From Tubulanus polymorphus (lineage: Eukaryota > Animalia > Nemertea), in NCBI RefSeq assembly GCF_964204645.1, contig NC_134026.1, forward strand, positions 19,564,150-19,628,149: a DNA stretch of 64,000 nucleotides, read 5' to 3'. The notes beneath the pieces are model-generated. The model was not told the origin of the DNA and made no database searches. It worked only from the letters and a program-made list of their open reading frames with translations. Below, piece after piece: positions 41,701-51,600 of this stretch (position 1 is its first letter; every line of letters begins with the position of its first letter). The position numbers and the translations under genes were made by a program.

Positions 41701-44700
41701 AGAGTATGTGGCAGCCTATTCAGACGTAGGTAAATCTGTATGCCAGCGTTCAACTTGAGATGAACCGGGGGGCATAAAAATAAGCATCCAGGGACACCAA
41801 GCTGCGCTCACGATGAATCAATTGCAGATCAAAATATCTGTGATAAAACGATACGAGTAAAATCCCACAATAAATGAATTAAATGATAAAATGTTTATTT
41901 AAGACATATGAGAAATATTTCGGGTGGTTACTACCACCCTTCTTCAGTCTAAAATGACTTGCCAAATACACAACGACATATAGTTGAATCTGCTTTGATT
42001 ACCACTCATTCCGATCGTTCTGTCAACCTCAATAATGGTTTCAGCCCCCATAATAAACTTCTTTCAAGATATGTCAGTGCTCTAGTCCCCATAACGTAAT
42101 GTGCAGCGATTCGTGCCCTATCTCATGTACTAATACTGTTTGTGTATTTGGCAAGTCATTTTAGACTGAAGAAGGGTGGTAGTAACCACCCGAAATATTT
42201 CTCATATGTTTTAAATAAACATTTTATCATTTAATTCATTTATTGTGGGATTTTACTCGTAAGCTGCGCTCACACTTAAAAAAATGCTGTACTGTTTCAA
42301 TGATTACACGGTCACGGCCCTGTTCCATATCATAGTGTAAAACAAGGTATCACTGTAGATACTTACTTTAGCCAGGACATCTTCAATATCCAGAGTATTT
42401 CCGCTTTGTTCTTCCAGGATTTTTATCCTTGCTTCATTAACTGAAGGGAAATCAAAGAGCACCAAAGGATATGATTCCTTTCATTTGATTTCTTTCAAAA
42501 AATTTAAGGATAGGATAGATTTTACAATGTCATTTTTCATACGCTAGAAGAGTACTCACAACGTAAATGCCGCAATATTACTTTGTATTGAGCCCGGCAC
42601 TCTGTTTGGTCCCATATGCTCATTTTCATGTCATGCTCTAATATAAGGTAACGAATAGAGATACATTAACCAACAACATGAATAATTACCAAAAACCGAG
42701 TTTCCACAAATGACATTATTTGCGCCCAACAAAACAAAGTCCATACAGAGCCGATACAAATGTAGATTCTATTAGAATGAAAGGAAAAACACAGCTAGAC
42801 GTTTTTTTTCAATACGCACGAAACCATGATACTTTCTCATAACGGACCTGATTTCAAACATTCACTGCCAGTGACAACTCAGAGCAGGTGTACCGCATTT
42901 TGCCAGGACGAGAAATCTCGTCGCGTCCCGAGAGATTTGGCTAATAATCATCTGGCAGTACAGAGAGACAGAATGTGATTTACAGAGGTATCTCTAATTT
43001 GGTGCATACCAAAAATTGCAATTTTTCGGGGTATGGTGCAAATGGGGCATTGCCAAGGGGAGTTAAACGTAATACTAAGCGATGGGTATATATGTATACA
43101 AACTGACCAGGTCACGGCTATCAACGTGTATTTTTTGGCAGTTGTAGTTCATTGCACGACTAATTTCCGTTATTTCATTGCGTGTTAGACCGGAAATGGT
43201 TGGCACATCAGATTTGTCAGGAATAAGTGATACGTACCACAAACGCCTTTTCTAAATCTCAGTTTACATTCAGTGTCCTCATAACTCTTCAACCTTTGTG
43301 TCTCTACAAGAAAAAGAAACAGCTTGTTCAATATCACTTGAGTGAGATCAATCGGGACTGTATAATACAGCTCATAATTCAGATCTATTCATTCTAGATA
43401 TTTGTTGAAAACTTTTTCCGAGCCGATACCATACAACTTCGATATCGATCAAGTTAGACAAATTTCCACATGTGCACATTCATTTGTAGCAAAAGAGTTA
43501 GTATCTAGAAACTTTATGAGTGGATCCAAGAGCCAGATCAAAGTCCTACCAAATATTTTTAGGGCAAATAAATAGGGGGCCATTTGGGTACTGCGATTTT
43601 GACTGCTTTGCAGGAAATCAGAGAAAATAGTGACTTTGTTTTGCAGAAATCTTTGGCCCATCTCATCAAATCTTAGAGGCTTATCATATGAAAGTGTGGT
43701 GTGCTTACAACAAACTAACACAAACTTGTAGTACATCAAAATCAACTGGAAATGAGCTATTCTGTATAGCGGTAAATGTTGATTTTTCCATGAAATTTCT
43801 AAGGACACTACATAGTGAAATTCCTGGGCCCGGTTTTATAGACTGATTAACATTAACTTTAACCACGGGGACTAACTCAATTCATTTTCAGTAGAGTTAA
43901 CGTATGGGTTAAAGATGATAAGAGTCTATAAAACTGAGCCCTGAGTGCTTATAGGTTAATACAGACTTACCTTCAGGAGTTAGTACATCTTTTGGAACTA
44001 CATGTTCTTCCAAATCTGTAGACTGAGCGCTTTCTTTTTTCCCCCCAAACATTTTGCGACATTTTATGTATAATAAGATAAATATTATGATTACTACACC
44101 CACTGAAATGGGTCCTCCAACACTCAGTCCTAATGTCATATTTGGATCTGAAAGTAATGAAAAGAAATTCATCACATTTCACTTTCATTTCAGAATTGTG
44201 TTCATCAATACATTATTCCTACCATGTTATTCATATCTTTAATTAAATAATTATGCAAATCGAAATTGAGCATACCTTTGGTTATCAGTGGTCTGGTAGT
44301 CGGTGATGTAGGTGGGACGGTCGTGACTGAAACATTCAACAAATGAATATTTATGATATAGGTCATTATGACACCTGACGTCTGAACTTAATAGCGAATT
44401 AATAAACGAAAATGATTTCAGTCATATTTTGATTTTATTTTCAATTTTAATATATCGCCGGTCTCACCAGATTATCAAAAACCTGGTAATGAAATCTTAG
44501 CCAAAATATTAGGGCTTGTGGACACTGCTGTAATGACATATTCATGACTGACAGGAATGCTTCTGATGATTATACAGATGGAATTTCCATCGAATGAGTA
44601 CCGTACGTCCACATTTGTAACAGGGAAAACTGATTAGATTCAGATCTTGGCTGATACTAAATTTCAAGAAGGAAGTGCGCTCATTTTATGCCTATCAGAC

Positions 44701-47457
44701 TAGAATTTACCCGGAAAACATACGGCATCTTTAGACAGGGTACAGGCTTCTTTGATCGCCGACAGAGAACATGTTGAGCAGTTATCACAGAAGGCAGTTG
44801 ACGATGATCTATTGCTATATGTGCTTCCTAATGTACATTCTTTGCATTGCGTATTCTTGCGTCTATCACCTGTAAATAACATTCACATACTGCGAAACCT
44901 GAACTCAGTTCCATTGTTGTAAGACAGATTTAATAATGATAATAATAAACATTCATAAAGCGCAGTCATTCCATGCCGAGGCTAAGTTCAAAAGTGTCAT
45001 AACATCATAAACGATACATTAAACTCAAGATTACTGCCCCTTGAATATATGGAACTTTAGAACTTACCAAGAACTTTGACCCCTTCGCCGATGCCACACT
45101 TTTTATGGGCGATGCAGTAACCGAGTGGATTCATATATGACCCTTTCTTACAGTCGCACACTACATCTAGAGTCCTCGTGCAGTTGGCGACTATGCCCGT
45201 ATTCACCGTGCCTGGAGGAACGAAGAGCAATTCTTTCTTTCTGCTTAAAAAGTTCACAATGAAAGCAAAGCAGCCTATAGCACTTAGTCAGTGAATACAG
45301 TATGGTAGCCACGCATACCAAACTACGATATATCTGTAACTGTAGTAGCAGTTTTCACAAAAAAAATGAGTTTATTTTACATAAAAAATACTGTAGTAGT
45401 TTTCAAATGAATTTGAAATAATTCTGATTGCAATAGCATTTCGATATTTTTGGAGTAGGTGAGCTCTTACAAAAGAGTAGAAAAATAGTAATCGCAGTCA
45501 GGTCTAGCCGTGGTAACCTTCAAATGCAGTTCCATAGTACTGAGTTCAGGACGTGGAGGTAACTAATTGAAAATTGACTCATTTAAACTCAATCGCTAAC
45601 TCACAATGACGGAACTGGATCTGGGGGTTTTTAAACTATGGATTGAAAAATATAGAATTCAATGTACGATTTGCTCAATAGGTACATTTTGGAAGCTCCT
45701 ACGAAATGTACCCGTATACTACTTACCTCTACAACCGGGACTACATGGTCTACATCCTGTAGCTCCATCACAAGCATTGCTGAAACTCTTCCCTTCGATA
45801 CAAGGCGTGCAGATCGTCGACTTTTGATTGTCTTCTTTACAGTGATTCGATACGCGGTAGCCTTTGTCACATGACTGACAGTGTTGATTTGTTAACGGGT
45901 TTAGATATGTGCCGTTACAGTGTCCCTAAAATGAATTAGGACGAAAAAAAGCTGTAATACTGCGATCCAGGTTGACTTCCCCGATTTATGGCCTACATTA
46001 GGAGGCACAGCCTATGGATGACCACTACCGGTAATCTTTCTCATAATAGGGCTATATCGTATCGGCTGGGACTAGCTCATTCTCTCAGGCCCAAGCTGAC
46101 GCCAACATAAACCGCACTTCCTTCATTGATCTATAAACGGCCCAAGATTTCTTCGGCGGACAGGTTGCCACTCAGCAGCTGTATATCTAGCCAATCAGAT
46201 GTGTTGTTTTGCTAGAGCGAATCTGCCAGTGAAAAACCGCGCATCAGATTGGCTACATTGCTAACTGTACTGGTGGCCGGTGAGTGAAAACCTGTCTAAC
46301 AATAAATACTATACCTATCACCATTTACTTTTGTAGCCTCTACCTAGGCACAGGTAGGCATCACAATTTGATGGATGACACCAGTTTCTCTACATAAAAA
46401 GAATTCAAGTTCAAATTCAAGTTAGCTACGTTGCAGGGCCAATATTTGGCATCTAGGGCAACGGAATGAGAGAGAGCAAGTTAAATTGAATGGAAGAGGA
46501 GTTTTTTTTAACTCCATTTAAGAAACAACTCCTCAACAGATCCAGATGGTATAACATCTTCCCTGAAATGGATCCACTCAATGGCACTTCTGATAAAGAA
46601 GGGTCCTTGGTGTTGTGGGGTTCGACTTCGAGGGTCTTCGTAACATTTTCTTTTTATATATAGGGATACTGGTGTCATCCATCCTGCGTCACCCACCACA
46701 CAGGACAGGAATCAGGGCACAGCAGTACAGTGCCAGGGCAGGGAAGGTCGGTGACCTTAATTGATACACTAGTCTAGTATCTAGCCTTTGTTCCTCAAAC
46801 AACGACTACGTTGTAGGGGACCGTAACAACGTCTGGTATTCAGACTACACGCTGTGGGTACTCGTACGGACCTGTACGGATTACTCTGGAGGCTATTCGT
46901 ACGGAACTAGGAACTGAACACTAATAACTGTCGACGCTGATTGGCTGATAAACGCTTCGCATGCGCACAGAGTGCGATTCAAGGGAAGTGTAGAGAATAG
47001 AGTTAGAGAAAAATAGAGCGGATTGAGCGAGACTCGAATGCGGGCCAACAAATTACTAGCACAGCATCCATCATACCACTAGACCACCGAGCTCGCTGAC
47101 ATGACAGTCGGCCGAATGTTTTAACTAGATACAGCCTCACCTTACCCTAACCCAATCCCGTCCCGTACGAATAATTCCAGACAGAGTAATCCGTACGAAT
47201 AGCTTCCGGAATTGTAATTAAAATGTTTTCCTCGATATTATCAAAGGTCTTCCTTAAGAAAGTAAAAGAAAGCCGGATTGAAATAATAATAGTACACACT
47301 TTGTCTTTAGTATTCATCTCATCTACAGACACTACCAGTACCAGTGACTACGACTAAATTACACAGTGTCAGTGCATTCCAACTGTCCATCCAATCCTCC
47401 GACGCAACAAGAACAAACCAATCCGAAGAAAGTAACGTTTAACGAAAATGTGATCAT
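38791..47457 (-). CDS. TNF receptor superfamily member (4 CRDs, TM, death-domain-like tail). Exons: 47419..47457 (tentative first), 45727..45925, 45068..45211, 44711..44869, 44276..44326, 43971..44147, 43238..43303, 42560..42637, 42367..42440, 38791..39075
   Basis: GT-AG introns have consistent phases (0,1,1,1,1,1,1,1,0). TNFR cysteine repeats include HCQSCDKGYRVSNHC..., CTRTLDVVCDCKKGSY...CIAHKKCGIGEGVKVLG and CKECTLGSTYSNRSSSTAFCDNCSTC...CTLSKDAVC. These are followed by a Thr/Pro stalk (VTTVPPTSPTT), the TM segment ISVGVVIIIFILLYI and basic stop-transfer KCRK. The first-exon boundary is uncertain. Confidence 0.85.
39238..39574. mobile_element. Palindromic foldback element; related partial copies at about 46078-46300 and 52100-52250
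   Basis: The arms CACGCCAGCATAAACCCTGGCTGCAAACCCTTCA...AATCAGATGC and GCATCTGATTGG...TGAAGGGTTTGCGGCCAGGGTTTATGTTGGCGTG are imperfect reverse complements. Confidence 0.6.
39907..40752 (-). mobile_element. Second copy of the same HINE family, inside a larger nested HINE cluster (about 39163-41780)
   Basis: Starts AACTAGGGGTCCAGGGATACCATGCCCACTTGG and ends GGGACTAAAGTCCCAAGTGGGCTGAAAA, the reverse complement of the 50112-51348 termini. It shares the internal tandem units and GACG microsatellite. Confidence 0.75.
41903..41953 (-). ncRNA. Second (mirror) hammerhead ribozyme motif in the inverted pLTR
   Basis: Reverse complement of the 42166-42201 core, located at 41912-41947 and in the sense of the TNFR pre-mRNA. 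Confidence 0.6.
42160..42210 (+). ncRNA. Minimal type I hammerhead ribozyme motif (PLE-associated)
   Basis: CTGAAGA (42166-42172), then stem II GGGTGGT-AGTA-ACCACCC, then GAAA within the palindromic GAAATATTTC stem III. Stem I pairing is weak. Confidence 0.65.
43827..43940. mobile_element. Short (about 110 bp) Harbinger-like MITE; related copies at about 8978-9087, 19055-19157, 24897-25006, 27415-27525, 27836-27935, 31563-31673 and 63350-63481
   Basis: CTG|GGCCCGGTTTTATAGACT ... AGTCTATAAAACTGAGCC|CTG. The family TIR is GGCCCAGTTTCA with CWG flanks. Confidence 0.65.
46470..46720 (-). mobile_element. Degraded CR1-like LINE 3' remnant
   Basis: Minus frame PFFIRSAIEWIHFREDVIPSGSVEELF resembles the CR1 ORF2 tail (SFFPRT..EWN.LP..VV.S.S...F). 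Confidence 0.5.
47027..47096 (-). pseudogene. tRNA-like (Pro-like 5' half) pseudogene or SINE head
   Basis: Minus strand GAGCTCGGTGGTCTAGTGGTATGAT (A box) ... GCATTCGAGTCTC (degenerate B box); the anticodon arm is broken. Confidence 0.45.
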
Positions 47458-47700
47458 CGACAGACACTGAGAAGTTTATCGGGCTTTGGAAAGCGTAGTA
47501 TCACACCAGCCGATATCGGATAGATTACAGATTATAGATTCTACACTACTAAATACGAACGACCCACACAGCTTTTTGAAAACTTTTTTTCAATTCAATT
47601 CAATCTAATGATAGATGTCGCCACCAGACGGTACTGTAGAACAAGAAGACGAAGAAGGCGCTACTACTGTCACTTTCTAAAAAGAAAAACTTTTCAGGTG
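47458..47700. promoter_or_regulatory. Probable bidirectional promoter between the TNFR gene (-) and SSX2IP (+)
   Basis: The candidate TNFR ATG is at 47457 (-). A candidate SSX2IP non-coding first exon ends at CAG|GTGTGT (47697/8), with an acceptor at 48676-48677. A CTCF-like TAGATGTCGCCACC motif lies at about 47612-47625. Confidence 0.5.
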
Positions 47701-48275
47701 TGTCGTCGATTTCTGCCATTTAAGAAATGAACGTTTAACTGACCAGATGGACGATGTTTTAGCAAGAGTGGTTTGGGGCCCGTCTCGTCGAATTGTTTAG
47801 TCTCAGTAGACTTAAGTCTAAGAAGTCGTAGACTATCGTTTAAAATAAAATTTTCATAAACAAGTTGTGCTATTTACCAACTGAAAACGAGACAAGTTAT
47901 GTGGGAACTTAATGCAGGCCCTTGTGTTTACTCTATGGCTATGGAAAATCAGAAAATGGTCCCACGAAGAAAGATTTTCCTTCTATTTTTGATTTGAGGC
48001 TATAGTATTGTCTCGAAGCTAATATTTTGATAATGGTAACCACAGGGAGTTGTCACTTTCCAGATGACGCATTGCTTATGGCCACTACATACTTAAGAGC
48101 AATCTTTATAAAAACACTTGTCAATGGTATTGAGGTTATCTTATTAGTTTGAATGGGCCTACATTGCCTGATCTGGTCAGCGATGTTTAGTAATTTGTGG
48201 GTATGGAAAAGGTATGAAAAATAATATTAGACAACTCTAGAGAACCCTGTTGGTAAGGAACTAATGATTCACCTG

Positions 48276-48628
48276 GGTCCTTACCGAGATGATGTAATTT
48301 ACCGAGATCAACGGAGATCAACCGAGATGACCTGAAATATAGCATATTTATTTATTCCTTATCGATTTTAACACTTGAAATCATGTTATATCAGTAATAA
48401 ATACCTTCTAGAGTCATATTTTACATATTTTTCCGGATATTTTGTAAAAAAAATTTTGACTTCAAATACGTAACGGTAACATGAAAAGTTATTTTTCTAC
48501 AAAAATATCCGACAAAATATGACTCCAGCAGGCATTTATTACTGATATATTATGATTTCAAGTGTTAAAATCGATAAGTTATATTTCATTTCATCTCGGT
48601 AAAATACGTCCTCTCGGTAATGAGGACC
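48276..48628. mobile_element. Foldback (Mutator/MULE-like) MITE with 10-bp TSD
   Basis: GATTCACCTG is duplicated at 48266-48275 and 48629-48638. Long TIRs (GGTCCTTACCGAGA.../...TCTCGGTAATGAGGACC) extend over most of the element. Confidence 0.75.
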
Positions 48629-48694
48629 GATTCACCTGGCTCGTGCAGCATTTAACATTGAATTATTTTTTCTCCAGGTTTCAATGAGATAACA

Positions 48695-51600
48695 ATGGGA
48701 GATTGGAACATTCTACAGCGTGAGGCCGAAGACGATAACGCGTTTCTCACGATGTGCTTATCGAAGAGTCAAACGCCGTCCCTTCACGTTAAACGCAATA
48801 TGGCGTTGACTGGCCAGCTCGCATTTTCGCCGTCGCAAAAGAAAGATTGTCGCGGCGAACGGTTTTGTACGATCGACAACGTCAACGAAAGAATGCTGTA
48901 TCTAAACCAGGTAGATATTTTTCATGCATTGCGCAAAATTTGCCTCCCTATAATTACTGCAGACTTGGCGTACATCTGACTTCATGGAACTGTCTAGGTA
49001 TAGGCCTAAATGATTTATTTTTTACTAAATCAAAGATGGCTGAACAGTGGCCATCTATGCAATGAATTTTCTTCTCGGACCTTTCTTTCTGCACTGTATA
49101 TGTTGGGGTATATAAATCTGCTCATTGCAGATGTTTCTAGTTTTATGATAATAATAGAATGGGGAAAATATTGAAAAAAATCAGGGAATTTGACAGATTT
49201 TGAAAAAAATAACCTGGAAAACTCAGGGGATTTGTATATGCTATTGACCAAGCCTTTCTTTATCGATACATGTTTCATAGAAAATTAATGGATTGTATCA
49301 TTTTAAACCAAGAAATTCCTAGATTTCCCAAGGGAATTTTGTGTGATAACATAAATAAATCAGGGAAACTCACAGAATCAGTGAATTGGCGGAAAGTGGC
49401 CATGCTCCCTTCCAAACGAATGTTAAGATAATTGTCACGATAATTCGTAAGGTTGATGAATCAAATTTTTGCTAAACGACTGATCACGTTTTCAGGAATT
49501 AACTGTCCGCGGTTTCACGTCGATGTATTCAGCTGATGTATTAGATCTCGTCGAAGTCGCCAATACGATGAACGAACTGCTGCAGCTTCATCAGAAAAGT
49601 TCGCGCATCCACGAATCGCTGGAAAATAGGTAATCGACGATTTTGAATTTCTAAAGCCCGTCTAACTCTGGTCGTATAAGATGTGGCCCGATCACCGACT
49701 CCTCAGTTGGGAAATTTCTGTGACATGAGAGTAGTTAAAATAAGATATTAAAACTGGTGGCAGACCAGTCGTAAGCCAATCGGACATGTTCTATTTTTTA
49801 CGACGATCGGATCTTGACCTGAGTGTACTTACGACCGATCATAAGGGCGTAGCCAATGAACAGCGATGAGTATACATCACGTGACTCGGAGGCGGATCCA
49901 GCGTCCTATCTCGAGGGGGTTCCAAATTGTATAAGCGCATTCGCTGTTATGCGGGAGTGCACTTTCTATGTCAAATTACGGCAAAAAAGGGGCACTTGAC
50001 ATCAAACTTTGTGGTTTTCAGGGGCTCTTACTATGCCAAATCATGCCAAACGAGGGCACTTTTACTGGATCTCGAGGGGCACTCTCAGGGCTCGACGGTA
50101 ATCCAGAACCCTTTTTATTAGCCCACTTGGGACTTTAGTCCCAGCGGGCTATTGTGTTCACTTTTCGTCCGTCCATCCTTAGACGGAATCCAGTTATTTT
50201 GGGAAGTTTTGAAGACGCTTCAAGGTAATGTCTTGATATTTGGGTTACACATGTATCTACCCTAGGCACATCTTCAGCCCAAAAACTGGCCCTGTCAGAT
50301 TCAAGATGGCCAACTGGCAGCCATTGTTGTTCGCCAAAATCAGCACTTTTTACACATTTTTGAACTTTTTGAGGGAAATTTTGAAGACGCTTTGATCAAT
50401 TACCTTGCTCTTTCGGATTGGTATAAATCCCCCCCAGGGCCCATCAGCATAACAAAAATTGGGTCGATCGGACTCAAGATGGCCGTCCTGAGACCTTTTT
50501 AGTGCCCAAATTCTGAGTCCTGTAGCTTCCTACTGGTTTACCATTTCTCATTGCAATTTGTGATGGGTATTCTTTGGAAAGCGATGTTTTATACCTGAGA
50601 CGGGTATTTTTCATCAGCCAATTATGACGCAATTGCGGCCATCTTGGTGTCACCAGTACTCATTCGTAAGTGGGAAAAAGTTTTTCCACATTATATTGAT
50701 ACCTAAGCGTATTTTGTTACCACAATCATTTAGAAAGTTGTAGCTCATAACGTGTTCTATGATTGTGGTGAGTTTCAAGGTCATTGGATTTTGTATATGG
50801 CCACCAGGGGGCATTGAATAATGCAATATCTTAGCATTTCTATATTATATTCGTACCTATGCATATTTTGTAACCACAATCAATTGGAAAGTTGTAGCTC
50901 ATGACATCATCTATGATTGTTGCAAGTTTTAAGGACATTAGTTATTCTATATGGTCACCAGGGGCCTTGAATAGTAGAATAACTTAATATTTATTATATT
51001 GGTACCTAGGCATATTTTGTTACCATGATCAATTGCAAAGTTGTAGTTCATGACATGTTCTATGATTGTGGTAAGTTTCGAGGTGATTGGGTTTTGAATA
51101 TGGTCACCAGGGGGCGTTAAATAGTAGAATAACTTAGTATTTCCATATTAAATTGGAAACGGGGCATATTTTGTTATCACAATCAATTACAAAATCGTAG
51201 CTGCTGACATGTTCTATGATTGTGGTGAGTTTCAAGTTCATTGGTTTTTGTATATGGTCACCAGGGGGCGTTGAATATTGAAATTGTTAGATTGTTGAGC
51301 ATTTGGAACCACTTCCCAAGTGGGCATGGTCTCCCTGGACCCCTAGTTCTACTCTGTCTGGATTGTGATAAATAGAAACTGCTAAGCGTTATTTACTTTG
51401 GTATGAAAAAGTGCGAAAAGTATGTGAAAAATCCTGTGCTAAGGTTTTATAGACTGAGTATCAAAGTTATCCCTAGGGTAAATTCTTAATCTGGGTGACA
51501 AACACTATAGTTACAATGAGAAACCATGGTTGTAACTGACAAATTTCAAAATGTTCCCAGGGGATTTTTTGCTTCGACATCTATGAAACCCAGCCCTGGT

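Larger units (their letters stand above)
41812..42260 (+). mobile_element. 5'-truncated Penelope-like retroelement with inverted pLTR
   Basis: 13-bp direct repeat AAGCTGCGCTCAC at 41799-41811 and 42261-42273. Near-perfect 121-bp inverted arms at 41853-41973 and 42140-42260. The internal frame RHIVESALITTHSDRSVNLNNGFSPHNKLL...* (41974-42099) resembles a PLE GIY-YIG C-terminus. Each arm carries a hammerhead core. Confidence 0.8.

Noticed and set aside
43105-43250. Alternative open frame (GLTRNEITEISRAM) as a TNFR death-domain exon
   Set aside because: Would need an implausibly short intron or a frameshift; the G|GTACGT donor at 43237 gives a phase-consistent model without it.
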